Below, piece after piece: positions 29,766-40,750 of a stretch of DNA of 63,269 nt. The notes below the pieces were generated by a model that saw only the letters and a list, made by a program, of their open reading frames with translations, was not told the origin of the DNA and searched no databases. The stretch is from a virus (lineage: Duplodnaviria; Caudoviricetes). Each line of letters opens with the position of its first letter. Position 1 is the stretch's first letter. Where the stretch lies: IMG/VR virus record IMGVR_UViG_3300042868_013427, positions 1-63,269 of that record, one strand, 5' to 3'. The position numbers were made by a program, and so were the translations under genes.

Positions 29766-31244
29766 TCAAACGTCGCCCATTCCTACAAACGATGTGATGT
29801 CCTCTGCCTGTATGTTGAGGCCTATTTCATCAAACGTTGAACCCTTTACGATTGAAGGATTTTTGACAGGTATTTCTGGTCCTTGTGTTTTTTGTGTCGG
29901 AGCGCCTTCCCTGTTTTTAAGGATTATGGAGCTTCCTCCTGTTGTTATGTTCTGAGTCTCAACTTCGTAGTTCTCTATTTCCTTTGAGTTTGCAAGGTAT
30001 ATCTCAAGCTCAAGAACAGATAGGTTTGATATCGAGCCATCAGGAAACTGAAGCGTTACCTCTCTTGTTGGATCTCCTTGGACTGCATCGTTTATTCCGA
30101 CAGGAGAAAGAGGTGAAAATGTTCCCTTCCTGTCCTTTGCAATGAACTCGGTCTTTGACACCGGTATGAACGAATACTTCTTGTAGTTATCCATCAGCCA
30201 CTTGTACCATCCAGAAAGAGGTATGGCCTTTGATTCTCCGTTGTCAAAGTTTACCCTAACGTTGTCTCCCGTGTAATAGAATGGAGAATTCTGGAACACG
30301 CTAGGATGCTTCATGTCATTTAGACACGCAGCCTTTAGCTTGTTCATGAACGTCACAAAGTTCGATTTTATGTCAGGATCTGACTCATAGAACTGCTTGT
30401 AGTATGCGCTTATGTAGTTGTTGCCGTTCTGCCATGACATTATTGGATTTTGGTTGTTGCCATACTTCTCCTGTCCCATGCAGAGGTTCCATGAATCATA
30501 CACAATCATCATCATTGTGTTGAACACGCTGACATACGTTGATATTATTGGATCATCTCCAACCAACCCCTTTACATCCGGAAGGTATGGAGTTGTCCAT
30601 GAAAACAGAAGATCATCTTCCAGCGACTCTTTTCCATACAATGCATACCTAGTTGTTGCAGAAAGAAGGCTACCAATTCCAATCTTTGTAAGAACTCCTG
30701 CCACTGCAGCCACTGCCCCTGCTTCGTTCAATGATGAGTTTGACTCTCCCATCCTAAACATCTTTGGGACCCAACTAAACAGCCCGCGTCCGCCTTTTGA
30801 TGCAGATTTTGTTATGACGTTTCCTGCCGATCTTAGCATCGATTTTCCAACAGATCCAAGGCCAGCAATCAGAGTTGGGTCTGACTGTAGGACCTTTCCA
30901 AAAGGAAGGCCCCATGCTGCAAGGTTTGATAGGTCATCGTCATTGTTTATGTATGAAATGATCACGCTTCTTGCTTCGCTCTGGCTTGGCCACTTGTACC
31001 AGTCATCTATGACTGCCTCGAGTATCTCAGCTGAGGTCCTGCCCGAAACGCCACGCATGAATGTTCCAAGGGGCTGTGTTGCCTTTGCATTCATGAAGTC
31101 CTGTACGCTTCTGGACGGCCTAACCGAAGGAGCTTTATCGTACGTCTGTATTATTCCGTTGATGTACTTTCCAACAAGCTTCGGCTCCGTAAGCTCATCA
31201 ACCTCATTAAGCTTCCCCCATTCTGAATAGCTCTTTATCATCAC
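29766..31244 (-). CDS. putative internal virion protein
   Basis: MIKSYSEW..LNE leader; internal LNE followed by a hydrophobic Gly/Ala helix. Confidence 0.55.
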   Translation of the reverse strand: MMIKSYSEWGKLNEVDELTEPKLVGKYINGIIQTYDKAPSVRPSRSVQDFMNAKATQPLGTFMRGVSGRTSAEILEAVIDDWYKWPSQSEARSVIISYINNDDDLSNLAAWGLPFGKVLQSDPTLIAGLGSVGKSMLRSAGNVITKSASKGGRGLFSWVPKMFRMGESNSSLNEAGAVAAVAGVLTKIGIGSLLSATTRYALYGKESLEDDLLFSWTTPYLPDVKGLVGDDPIISTYVSVFNTMMMIVYDSWNLCMGQEKYGNNQNPIMSWQNGNNYISAYYKQFYESDPDIKSNFVTFMNKLKAACLNDMKHPSVFQNSPFYYTGDNVRVNFDNGESKAIPLSGWYKWLMDNYKKYSFIPVSKTEFIAKDRKGTFSPLSPVGINDAVQGDPTREVTLQFPDGSISNLSVLELEIYLANSKEIENYEVETQNITTGGSSIILKNREGAPTQKTQGPEIPVKNPSIVKGSTFDEIGLNIQAEDITSFVGMGDV

Positions 31245-32113
31245 AGCAATATTTTGAAGTAGTTATACAAGGTAAACATGAATTGGTTCATCTTCAGAAG
31301 GTTGGAAATGCTTGTGCCTTTGAATATGTAGAACATGTTGTATGGATCAAAAGGCGCATTGTACTTCTTCTTTCTGTCCTCTATCTCTTCTATGCCATAC
31401 AGAGTTGACAGCATGAACGAAGATGTTGTTGGCACAACCAAATCCTCATTAGACACAAAGGTGTTGAATTGGGAAAGTTCTACATTGCCTGTTAGCTTCA
31501 TGAACTTGTATGATGAATCGAGTATCCCATCAAACCACTTAGGCTGTATGCTGTCTGCGTTGTTTATGAACACTTTGCTGTCAACGCCAATTTCATCAAA
31601 GAAATCACTGTCGTTGACTCCGCCGTACAGCTTTGAAAGGGTTTCCCAATCATCAAGATTTCCTTCAACTTTTGGTGGCACTGCTGAGCCAAATGCATCT
31701 GCAATGCTTCCCAAAAATTCCTCAGATTTTAACCTGTTGAACCATGTGGAATCGTACCACTTCACAAACTCGATTGCAACATTCACCTGCTCCTCTTTTG
31801 TGACCTTGTTCTTGCTCGTCTGAGAGTTTATGATCGAAAGCGTCATTGGCTTCAAAAAGAGGTCATTTATGCCAGAGGAAAATGAAGCTTTGTTCTTGTT
31901 GAATATTTCAGACGTTCTTGACATTGGACACAGAAAGTTTCCATTGTCCATTGTCTGTGCAGCATACTGCTTTAGGAGTATCCTCTGTGCAACGCATGCA
32001 AGGAACTGTGGGTATGTTATTTCTGAGTTTGAGAGGTTCTTCAGATTTGCAAATGAGAACGTTATGCCGTTATCCTCAAACACCTGGCCAACAAGAAGTG
32101 AATCCTTTTCCAT
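31241..32113 (-). CDS. hypothetical protein in virion-protein operon
   Basis: 290-aa ORF tightly coupled to neighbours. Confidence 0.6.
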   Translation of the reverse strand: MEKDSLLVGQVFEDNGITFSFANLKNLSNSEITYPQFLACVAQRILLKQYAAQTMDNGNFLCPMSRTSEIFNKNKASFSSGINDLFLKPMTLSIINSQTSKNKVTKEEQVNVAIEFVKWYDSTWFNRLKSEEFLGSIADAFGSAVPPKVEGNLDDWETLSKLYGGVNDSDFFDEIGVDSKVFINNADSIQPKWFDGILDSSYKFMKLTGNVELSQFNTFVSNEDLVVPTTSSFMLSTLYGIEEIEDRKKKYNAPFDPYNMFYIFKGTSISNLLKMNQFMFTLYNYFKILL

Positions 32114-32115
32114 CG

Positions 32116-33453
32116 TTAGCCAACTAATTTTTTGAACATCGATACTGGGACTATTATTCTCGTGGATCCATCTGTGTAAAGCCCCTTGACATCAGGCTTT
32201 TCGGTCCTTCTGAATCCATGCCTGTTGCCCCAGCCAAGGACATCGTTTCTCACCGATCTTATTATAGATCTTGAGTCCTTCCTTGCTTCTATCCTGTTTG
32301 TGTATTCTTCATGCTTGTTCTGGCCTATTTGGCCATCAGAAAGAAGAGCTGATATTATGCTCTTGAATTCTGGTGCAAGGTAGCTTATCTTGTAGACCTT
32401 TACTCCATTGTATTCATCTTCCTGCATACCTGCATATGAAGATGAAGATGAAGAATCATCTGGCGTCTCTTGCTTAGGTGTTGGTATTCCTCCCTTTGTT
32501 GACATTATGTCTGTGTCACCTATGAGATCGTACACCCAAGCACAGCATCCTATTATTAGCATCCTCTGATAAAGGCCAAAAAGGTGTGTGTTGTAAAGAG
32601 CGCCCATCCAGGTTTCACGACCTTGCTCAGGCAGCGCCTTGCTCTTTTCTATTGCAAGCTTTGTAGCAGTCTTTATTGCTGACATTGCGCCTTCCATGTC
32701 AGGAACATTTGCCTCAAGGTCTGCATCAACCACAAAAGAATTAAATGCAGACATGACATCAGGATTTATTCCTGATGTTATCTTGTTTGGTTCATAGATT
32801 GTCGTGTTCAGCCACTTAACATATTGGTTGTTGTTTGCTATGTTGTTGATGAGCCATGCAAGCGACTTTTGCCATGTTGATTTTGTAAAGAACGATTTAA
32901 GGCTTGTGAACACCTTCGACATAGATCCAGCAGAAGGGTCTGCTGATTTTGACAGTATTATTGATCCTGAGTCAATCTGTATCGATGCACCAAGCTCTCC
33001 ATTTATCAAAAAATTCTCAAACTCCTGTATGAATTCCCTGAGGGATTCCTTCTCCTGATTATAGAGGTCAAGCTTCTTTTTTGTGCCCCAGTATCCTCTC
33101 AGTTTGGACTTTATCGCCTGTCTTTCCTTTTCTGATATTGCAGCATTGAATATCTTCTTTGTCTTTATTCCCTTCCATGCCTCAACCGCAAATGTGTTCA
33201 CGAGCTGTGCAGTAAAGATGGAAAGGTCCTCTTCTGGCTTTAGTATCTCATAGAAGAGGGATGCTCTTGGAAAGGACTTCTTTTCAATTCCAAAATCCCA
33301 CATCCAGTCAGAGACCTTAACACCTGAGAGGTTTTTTCCATCTAGATTTGTTCCATCTCCTATGGCCTCATTCAATGGAAGCAGTTCAGACATATCTCTC
33401 TTCTCGAATGTTCTTTCGGGAAGAAATGTTTCTATGTTCTTTATGTTCTTCAT
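32116..33453 (-). CDS. putative internal virion protein
   Basis: MKNIKNIETF...LNE leader; GATATATAC just upstream. Confidence 0.55.
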   Translation of the reverse strand: MKNIKNIETFLPERTFEKRDMSELLPLNEAIGDGTNLDGKNLSGVKVSDWMWDFGIEKKSFPRASLFYEILKPEEDLSIFTAQLVNTFAVEAWKGIKTKKIFNAAISEKERQAIKSKLRGYWGTKKKLDLYNQEKESLREFIQEFENFLINGELGASIQIDSGSIILSKSADPSAGSMSKVFTSLKSFFTKSTWQKSLAWLINNIANNNQYVKWLNTTIYEPNKITSGINPDVMSAFNSFVVDADLEANVPDMEGAMSAIKTATKLAIEKSKALPEQGRETWMGALYNTHLFGLYQRMLIIGCCAWVYDLIGDTDIMSTKGGIPTPKQETPDDSSSSSSYAGMQEDEYNGVKVYKISYLAPEFKSIISALLSDGQIGQNKHEEYTNRIEARKDSRSIIRSVRNDVLGWGNRHGFRRTEKPDVKGLYTDGSTRIIVPVSMFKKLVG

Positions 33454-33464
33454 GGTTGTATATA

Positions 33465-35684
33465 TCAGTCTTGTTTTGATGTGATCAGAGAAACAAGGTA
33501 CTCTTTCATCTTGGCAAGGGATTTATCTCCTGGCTTTCCTGTTGCAGGAAGACCAAGCTTCTCTTGGTATGACTTTATAGCGTCCTGTGTCTCATCATCC
33601 AAAGTCCCAGAAACAACAACGGTTGGTTCCTTTCCTTCCTTTCTCTGTATCTGGTTCAACACCTTTTGGTAGTCTTCGACCTCAGGTTTTGTGAATGCCT
33701 CTTGATAATCACCAGCCTCCGAAGATGCCACCATCTTGCATATCTTTTCCAGTGCATACAGATTCATCATGGACCTCATAACTATTCCAAACGTTGAATA
33801 TTCCATGACTCCGTATAATGTCCTCTGCTTGCCCATCTCTTTGTACACATCAGAAAACTCAGAATTTAAGGCCAGGTACATCCTTGACAGCTGCTTCTTT
33901 GATTGAAGATCAAAATCCTGATCTAACATTCTGTTTATTGAATCAACAGTTGAGTATAATCCATCTGAGTCGAATCCGTAGAAGAGTTTGAACGGGTCTC
34001 TATCGATGTTGTATGAGAGCACAAGGCCAGTCATGGCAACAAATGCTTCTTCCTTTTCGCTTAGTTGTTGACCGAGGTCCTTTTCAATCCTTCTTGACCT
34101 CTCCTCAAATTCTTCCTGTGTTATCACCCCTTCCTCTTTCAGAGATGATGTAACCTCATTCTGAATGAAGTCGTTCATCACCTTCCTCTTGAAGGTTGAA
34201 AACATTGTCAAAAACTCCTTCGATTCATCTATAAGATCTTGCATGTTGACAGGCTCGCTTGAGCCGAGAAGGATCTTCATGTTCGGATTTGAAAAACTGA
34301 TGTAACCGTACTCATCAAGTGATGTTGGCATTCCGTTATCAAAGAACGTCTCTTCTATTGCATCTGATGCCATTCCTTCTGCTTGGTTCACGACATCAAT
34401 GAGCTTTCTGATTCCGATCTTTTCATTCAGCTTCTCGGTGAATCCATAGAACAGAGATGACTTTTTCAGTTCATTCTCATTCTCCTTGAAGTACTTTTCT
34501 GGGTACTCAAAGCAAAGCTGTGAGGTCTTTGCAAAGAAGTCAGTCATGGTGCTTCCTGCCTTCAACATAGCATCTAGCTCCTTTGCATCATCGACCGGTA
34601 GATCGTCTCCGCTTCCTGCAAAGAATAGCTTGAATATCTCAGCAAAGCTTGCCTTGTTCATGTATATCTTTGTGAGGGTCACTCCCTCATTCATCAGCTT
34701 GTCCTTCATTTCATCCAAGCCCTGTGCAATAGTCTCAACGCCCTTGTTCTGCTGGTTGTTCTTGAAATAGTTCCATGCAACGCCACCGCTGTATACTGTA
34801 GCAGAGATAACGAGCAGCCTCTTTAGATTCCTTTTGAATCCGTTCCAAAGCCCGCCCTTTTCTCCGCTTGGCCTTGATCTTGATCCCTTTGAAATATCAT
34901 CAAGGTTGGACTTTCCATCGTCTGCCATCTCTTTTCCAAGAGTCTTTACAAGCCCATCTCTTCCCTTTGATTGAAGCGCTGCTGCAGCATCGTCAGACAG
35001 GTTTGCACCTGGCTCAAGGCCTCGTCCCAGTATTCCACTTCTTCCATAGAACCTGTTTGATGGCTTTGAATAGACGCTACCTCTTCCTGCATCCTTTATA
35101 AAATCGTCTGTGCTCTGTGCAGCCTTTCTTGCTGCTGATAGTTTGTCAAGGTCTCCTGTCTTTGCTGCATCATCTACAGAACTTTGCGCAGTCTTTAGAT
35201 CATCAGTGAACTTGGCCCTCATCTTCCTTGTTGGTATGTCATCGACCTTTGCTGTAAGGTCATCTATTGCCTTCTGTTCAATTCCGATCTTTCTGACCTT
35301 ATCAAGGTACTTCTGTGAAGAACCCCTTGCAGCGTTTATCAGTTCATCGCTTCCTGAGTGGTAACCAGAGATGTACTTCTTAGCAATCTCATCGCCTTCC
35401 TTTTCAAGTGCCTTTCTGGATTCTTTTGAAAGCGACTGCCACCATGGCTGCTTCTGTGTGTTTATGACATCTGCAAGGCCCTTTTCCATTTTTGATATGT
35501 CGTCCGCAGATGCACCAAAGAGCTTTCTGATTAAGCTGCCAACACCTTTGAAACCAGTTTTAACAAGATCATCAACAGTGCTTCCTGTTTGCCTTGCTAC
35601 AGCATTCAATGCACTGCTCCTTGCATCCTCATTGAGGCGCTGCATTGAGCTGCTTGTGTTCCATTGATTGAAGTTCTTTATCAT
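33465..35684 (-). CDS. putative internal/ejected protein with C-terminal peptidoglycan-binding domain
   Basis: MIKNFNQW...LNE leader; TM-like LLVISATVYSGGVAWNYF; V..YQ..L...G.LD.ET..AIK.YQ...GLP.TG PG_binding_1 pattern. Confidence 0.65.
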   Translation of the reverse strand: MIKNFNQWNTSSSMQRLNEDARSSALNAVARQTGSTVDDLVKTGFKGVGSLIRKLFGASADDISKMEKGLADVINTQKQPWWQSLSKESRKALEKEGDEIAKKYISGYHSGSDELINAARGSSQKYLDKVRKIGIEQKAIDDLTAKVDDIPTRKMRAKFTDDLKTAQSSVDDAAKTGDLDKLSAARKAAQSTDDFIKDAGRGSVYSKPSNRFYGRSGILGRGLEPGANLSDDAAAALQSKGRDGLVKTLGKEMADDGKSNLDDISKGSRSRPSGEKGGLWNGFKRNLKRLLVISATVYSGGVAWNYFKNNQQNKGVETIAQGLDEMKDKLMNEGVTLTKIYMNKASFAEIFKLFFAGSGDDLPVDDAKELDAMLKAGSTMTDFFAKTSQLCFEYPEKYFKENENELKKSSLFYGFTEKLNEKIGIRKLIDVVNQAEGMASDAIEETFFDNGMPTSLDEYGYISFSNPNMKILLGSSEPVNMQDLIDESKEFLTMFSTFKRKVMNDFIQNEVTSSLKEEGVITQEEFEERSRRIEKDLGQQLSEKEEAFVAMTGLVLSYNIDRDPFKLFYGFDSDGLYSTVDSINRMLDQDFDLQSKKQLSRMYLALNSEFSDVYKEMGKQRTLYGVMEYSTFGIVMRSMMNLYALEKICKMVASSEAGDYQEAFTKPEVEDYQKVLNQIQRKEGKEPTVVVSGTLDDETQDAIKSYQEKLGLPATGKPGDKSLAKMKEYLVSLITSKQD

Positions 35685-35691
35685 CTACTGT

Positions 35692-37857
35692 TTACTTTTT
35701 CTTTAGATATTCTTCTATTGCAGCCGAAAGCTCTTCAACGATAGGCTTCCACTCCTCATCCTCCATTGAATCCATCTTATGTGAATTCTTCACCCTGTCC
35801 CTTAGATCTTTTGATATCGCACCATCATCAAAAAGTGTGTCTTCTATCTCATTGACGTACGTCCTAAAAGAATACTTTATCACTTCCAACAGGAATGGAG
35901 TGACTAGGTACACAAATGGATAAGCTGGTGTTTGTAATGCCCTTCCTTTTCCGTATTCATCGAGGGAATTTACAAACCACGTAAGGACGTTAAAGTATTC
36001 TTTGTATCTGGAATTTTTATCTCCAGACTTACCGAACGCCACCTTTGAATGATACATGATGCTTCCCATCGAGACAGACATGACTTTGACATATTCCTTT
36101 AGCTGGTCAACATTATCAAATGTGTGTATCGTTCTTTTTGAAGCCTTTATTACGTACTTATCACCATCCTTTTCCATTGTGGCAAAATCAAACTCTTCTC
36201 CAAATGCATCATTGAATGATTTGACCCAATTATCAATACTTGTGGGGTTTTCAAAGATCTTTGAGAATGCTTCCTTTGTTGATTTAGCTATTTCTTTAAC
36301 TGCTGAGATGACATTGTCTGGCCGAATAGATGATGACAGGTTTGATAGAACATCCTTTGTAATCTCTGGAAGTATGAAATCTCCTACATTTGCCATTGCA
36401 TACTGTATTGCATCGTCATTCCTCTGGCTTATAGCGCCCTTTATGTTATACTCATTTCTAAAGAGTAGGGCGTTTATTTCAGCAACAGTATTATTAAAGT
36501 CTCGACCGCCAAGTTTTATGAGATCCGTCAGCTCCATTATGGTATTAAGAGACTCTTTTTCATCTGTCAGGTATTCTATGTCGGATGCTGCAAATGCTTT
36601 ATCGTAATTGACAAACATCACATTTATGAGTTCCTTGCCAGTCTTCGATTGGAAGTAGCTCGTCTTCTTTGCAACATTTGATATTGCTTTGTCAAGCCCA
36701 TCTATGATGTTCTTAAACTTTGGAACCCTGTCGGCTGCTTCAACGAAGGCCTGGTTGTTTACAAAGTAAACTCCGCCATCCTGCTCTCCAACATCCAACT
36801 TCTTCTGGTATACCGATTTCTCTTTCCTAAGTGTCTTTGCAGCAGCCTTTACCTTTGTTGACACCTCTTCTAGTGCAACTATTCCACAAAGCAGCTTTAT
36901 GTAAGGCTCCCATTCTGTTCCCTTTGCCCAATCCATCCCAAGTGAATCTATGTCCTCTATCGATGACAGCTCTGTTATCAGGTCGCTTGCTATAGGCTCA
37001 AGCTTTGTTGGAAAGTTTATTGGGCTCTGACCTGCAAGAAATGATGGATACTCTTTTGTGAGCTCTTGGAACCGCACAATGTCAAAGTCTGCTGTTGAAC
37101 CCTTTGTAAATTCAGACAACATCTTTATTGTCATCACCTGTCTGTTGCTCGTGTTATCAGGGTCGATGCTTTTTACTGCATTGAACATTGAACCAACAAA
37201 GTCTTTTACGTTCATAGTTCCTTCACGCTTCATGTACATGCTTAGAGGGTACTTAGTGAACATGTCTATGTTCTGGTTTGCAAAGTTCTCAAAGTATGAA
37301 ATCTGCATGGCTTTGTTTGAACCCATCTTACTGAGATCTGTTGATGGAGAACCAAACAACGAATAGAACGACCTGTATAGCTTTATTAGGTTCTCCTCCA
37401 TGTCAGGCTTTAGAGAATCTGGAACTGTTGCAACTATGTCCTTTGCATTCTTGATTGACTCTTTGTTCTTTGATATTATGATGTCCTGCTTGCTAAAAAG
37501 CTTTACAAAGAGCTGGTAGTAGAGGTATATGAAGAAGGTTTCGATGTACTCATCGTACTCTATGTTAACATCACCCTTTTCATCCTTGTTCCTTATAGGA
37601 TTTGCAAACTGTTCTATCTTTTTCCTGGCATCTGCACCAATTCCAAAAAGACCGCCCAGCGATGGTTTTATTATTGACTTAAACTTTTGGTATGTGAAAC
37701 CGCCCTCGCTCTCACCGAAGAACTTTGTTATGTCCGCATCCCTCCTTGGCATCTTCTCTTCAGGGGAAACAACGCTTGAAATCCCAAGCGGTTCAATGCC
37801 TGAGATCTCAGTTTTCTTAAAAAGCTTTGTGCTAAGTTCTTCTAATAGTAAGTTCAT
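35692..37857 (-). CDS. large helical hypothetical protein downstream of portal
   Basis: 721-aa ORF. Confidence 0.65.
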   Translation of the reverse strand: MNLLLEELSTKLFKKTEISGIEPLGISSVVSPEEKMPRRDADITKFFGESEGGFTYQKFKSIIKPSLGGLFGIGADARKKIEQFANPIRNKDEKGDVNIEYDEYIETFFIYLYYQLFVKLFSKQDIIISKNKESIKNAKDIVATVPDSLKPDMEENLIKLYRSFYSLFGSPSTDLSKMGSNKAMQISYFENFANQNIDMFTKYPLSMYMKREGTMNVKDFVGSMFNAVKSIDPDNTSNRQVMTIKMLSEFTKGSTADFDIVRFQELTKEYPSFLAGQSPINFPTKLEPIASDLITELSSIEDIDSLGMDWAKGTEWEPYIKLLCGIVALEEVSTKVKAAAKTLRKEKSVYQKKLDVGEQDGGVYFVNNQAFVEAADRVPKFKNIIDGLDKAISNVAKKTSYFQSKTGKELINVMFVNYDKAFAASDIEYLTDEKESLNTIMELTDLIKLGGRDFNNTVAEINALLFRNEYNIKGAISQRNDDAIQYAMANVGDFILPEITKDVLSNLSSSIRPDNVISAVKEIAKSTKEAFSKIFENPTSIDNWVKSFNDAFGEEFDFATMEKDGDKYVIKASKRTIHTFDNVDQLKEYVKVMSVSMGSIMYHSKVAFGKSGDKNSRYKEYFNVLTWFVNSLDEYGKGRALQTPAYPFVYLVTPFLLEVIKYSFRTYVNEIEDTLFDDGAISKDLRDRVKNSHKMDSMEDEEWKPIVEELSAAIEEYLKKK

Positions 37858-37870
37858 TTCCTTCTTTAGT

Positions 37871-39511
37871 TTATTCTACCGTCTCTTCTTCTGCGGTCTC
37901 TTCAGCTGCTGTTGCTTCCTCCTCTGCCGGCGTTTCGCCTGCTGCTTCTTCTGCTTCTGCCTCCTCAGCTCCTGCTGCTGCCTCTTCTGTTTCCCTAAGA
38001 AGCATCTTCCTGTTCTCTTCAAGCTCACTTGCAGTGAAGTCCAAGAACTGCTCAACGAGCCAGTTAACGGAGAAGAATGCCTTGTCTCCCTCGCCCTTAA
38101 AGTCCTTGAGCTTTGTGATGTGATCTATTTCCTTCTGGAGGATCTCCATCTTCTTTGACTTCTCAAAGAGGTTATCGCTGTTGAACCTTATGCCGATGTT
38201 GCTCTTTATGAGAAGATCGTCCTTCAGCTCTGGGTGCTTGAGGGTAAATGCAAGCCAGACAGGCTTGTACACAAGCTCTTGGAAGCTTGACCTCAGGCGG
38301 TTTATCAGCTTTGCAAACCTTATCTCTTCTCGCTCGGCGCCCTCTGCATTGAACGTTATGGTTCCTGCTCCGCCCTCTTGGTTGAATCGATTGAATGGAA
38401 TGCCAGACTCCATCTTAAGCTTGTCCCTGAAGTACTTGAGTGCATCCATGTTTGACAGGTCTGGCCCGCCGTTCTCAATCGCCTGAATGTCTACTGTCTC
38501 GCCATTCTTGTTTGGGAAGATGTAGTTCTTGTAGAACGGAATGTTTGGACGTCCCTGAACGTTCAGCTCGCCGCTGTCGTTATCAAGATAGAGGTCCTCA
38601 CGATAGATGGAAGCAAACTGTGAAAGGGATTGGACCCATCTCTGTGGAGACTTTGATCCAACAGGAACAACCATCTTCATTCGCCATTGGGCGTTCATGA
38701 TGTTCCATATGATCCTTGAGTTTTCAAGCACGCGAAGAAGGTTGAAGCTTCTAACAAGAGGCTCAACGTACGATATCGGGCCTACGCCTGATCTTGCATA
38801 TGATATGTAGATTATCTGTGAGTCGTAGAGAACTCGCCTCTTGTTGTAGTCGTTCTCATACTGATACCAGACCTTCTTTCTTACTCCGCCTTCAAGAACG
38901 ACATCTGGCCTAAGGCTGGCAGGATCAAGCTCCTTGAATCCTATGATGTCAGTTGCCTTATCGTTGTAGACGACCTCATATGCAAGAACTCCTTCGATGA
39001 GGAACTGCCTGAAGATAGAAAATGCCTGTTGGTCCTCATTGAACCTGAACGAAGTGTAAACTCTGTCAAATATTGCATTGAGATCATCTATGACCTCCTG
39101 TTCCTTATCATCTTTCACAACGCCTGGTATGCCCTTCGTGTCGATGTAACAGAACCTGTTCTTGTTGTCGTACACGATGGATTCATCAGCAACGATGTTG
39201 ATCATGAAGTTTATCTCACCATTTCTGGCAAACTTCCTGAGCATCTCTCTCTTTCCAACGTAGTCCTTATCAAAGTATGTGATGTACTTCTTTGGTCCAA
39301 CATCTTGGATAGCAAGTGCGTATTGGAGTTCGCTCTGTGTGAGAGCATCTGCGCCAGCAATGTGCGCAAACATGGATTCGGTCGATCCAACAGCCATTGA
39401 CTGCTTGATCACCATGTCATCATAGTTCATTCCTAGATTTGCAATCTTTCTTATGCTAGATGCAAGCCTTGAACTCAATGAATCATCTTTTCTATCAAAA
39501 AAACCTGCCAT
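37871..39511 (-). CDS. portal protein (T4 gp20-like)
   Basis: FRQFLIEG.L.Y, ELDP, SYVEPLVRSFNLLRVLE.SRIIW, YF..KL...SGIP.NRF, REEIRFAKLINRLR..F; acidic tail. Confidence 0.9.
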   Translation of the reverse strand: MAGFFDRKDDSLSSRLASSIRKIANLGMNYDDMVIKQSMAVGSTESMFAHIAGADALTQSELQYALAIQDVGPKKYITYFDKDYVGKREMLRKFARNGEINFMINIVADESIVYDNKNRFCYIDTKGIPGVVKDDKEQEVIDDLNAIFDRVYTSFRFNEDQQAFSIFRQFLIEGVLAYEVVYNDKATDIIGFKELDPASLRPDVVLEGGVRKKVWYQYENDYNKRRVLYDSQIIYISYARSGVGPISYVEPLVRSFNLLRVLENSRIIWNIMNAQWRMKMVVPVGSKSPQRWVQSLSQFASIYREDLYLDNDSGELNVQGRPNIPFYKNYIFPNKNGETVDIQAIENGGPDLSNMDALKYFRDKLKMESGIPFNRFNQEGGAGTITFNAEGAEREEIRFAKLINRLRSSFQELVYKPVWLAFTLKHPELKDDLLIKSNIGIRFNSDNLFEKSKKMEILQKEIDHITKLKDFKGEGDKAFFSVNWLVEQFLDFTASELEENRKMLLRETEEAAAGAEEAEAEEAAGETPAEEEATAAEETAEEETVE

Positions 39512-39603
39512 AGGGTCTAATGTTGTACTATATATTCGAACTAAACTGGTTATACCCTCATGGAAAGCTAGATGTTTGATTCTATTTTCGCCAAAGGGGA
39601 CAC

Positions 39604-40233
39604 TTATGTGTCTTCTTTATACATCTCTACTGGGTTTGTGTTAACAAAGGTTGTTGGAAGATAGTATAGCAGGAACTTCCAATCCTCGTACCTGACAGCC
39701 TTTACAGAGTCTCTCATTATCTTTGATCGGTCTATCTTCATCAGCCTTGGCTTCATACCAATGAGATCAAAGAACTTCTTTCTGTACTCCTGATGTATGA
39801 ATGGAAGGTCCGTTTGGTCCCTAGTTCCATCCCTGATCTTTTCTATGTTGTCTGCTATCTGGTTTGGGAATGCCTTAACGATTCCCTTGAAAAGCCTGAC
39901 ACGATCCTTTGGATTGAGGTAGTTTATGTTTATTCCTATCTCAAACAGCCTGTCTCCCTTTTCTATGACGTTGGTTATGCTCATGAACATTGGGTGAAGG
40001 TCTGGTCCCTTTCCATCGTATCGAAAGCTGTATATCTTTCCTGAAAAGAGCCTGTTTCTGTTGAAGATAAGGTAGTCATCCAGGGTTTCTTCAAACCCGC
40101 TGTAGCTGCTTTTTATGTAATTCTTGCTGACCCAATCCTGGAGGCTCTTTACGTCTATTATGCCGTTCTTTAGAGATGATGGACCAAAGTTATAGATGTA
40201 CTCAAAGTCTCCAAACACTTCATTTAGGTTCAT
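39604..40233 (-). CDS. DNA end protector (T4 gp2-like)
   Basis: GKIYSFRYD, D.HP, GININYL, W..LLY.LP; next to gp4 as in T4-like phages. Confidence 0.65.
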   Translation of the reverse strand: MNLNEVFGDFEYIYNFGPSSLKNGIIDVKSLQDWVSKNYIKSSYSGFEETLDDYLIFNRNRLFSGKIYSFRYDGKGPDLHPMFMSITNVIEKGDRLFEIGININYLNPKDRVRLFKGIVKAFPNQIADNIEKIRDGTRDQTDLPFIHQEYRKKFFDLIGMKPRLMKIDRSKIMRDSVKAVRYEDWKFLLYYLPTTFVNTNPVEMYKEDT

Positions 40234-40715
40234 AGAATGTTGAGATTTTCTTCCGTCCACACCTTGAATTCGTACCCAAGGTTTAACGCATACTCAGTCG
40301 CAGCAGCCCACTTTGCTTTATTTATCACAATGGTCTTCAGATGATCCATGTATCTCTCCTGCGTCTTGAACGTCTTTGGGTTCTTTGCCTCAAACACTGC
40401 CTGCTTCTTGGGCTTTATCTCAATTAGATACTTCTTTACTTCTCCTTCATTTGTTCTTATACTGCAAAAGAAGTCAACAAAGTATTTGTGCATCCTTTGA
40501 TCTATAGGTGAGAAGTAGTTTATTGCAACCGGCTCGCTTGACCAGTTTACTACGATCGGGGAGTTATCACACAGTGACATGAACTTCTTTTCCCATGACG
40601 ACCTGTATATTATCTTGGTCAGGTCTCCCATGTACTTTTCCGGATGAGCAGGAACAAAATATCCCTGTCTGAATCCTGATTTTGGGTTTGGGCGAAGATC
40701 CTTTATATTTTTCAT
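40230..40715 (-). CDS. head completion nuclease (T4 gp4-like, TnsA fold)
   Basis: P.KY.GD...IIYRSSWE, WSSE, YFVDF, IEIKP, N.AKW.AA, F...TE. Confidence 0.92.
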   Translation of the reverse strand: MKNIKDLRPNPKSGFRQGYFVPAHPEKYMGDLTKIIYRSSWEKKFMSLCDNSPIVVNWSSEPVAINYFSPIDQRMHKYFVDFFCSIRTNEGEVKKYLIEIKPKKQAVFEAKNPKTFKTQERYMDHLKTIVINKAKWAAATEYALNLGYEFKVWTEENLNIL

Positions 40716-40750
40716 GTCATAATATATATAACCTAAATAACAACACTAAC

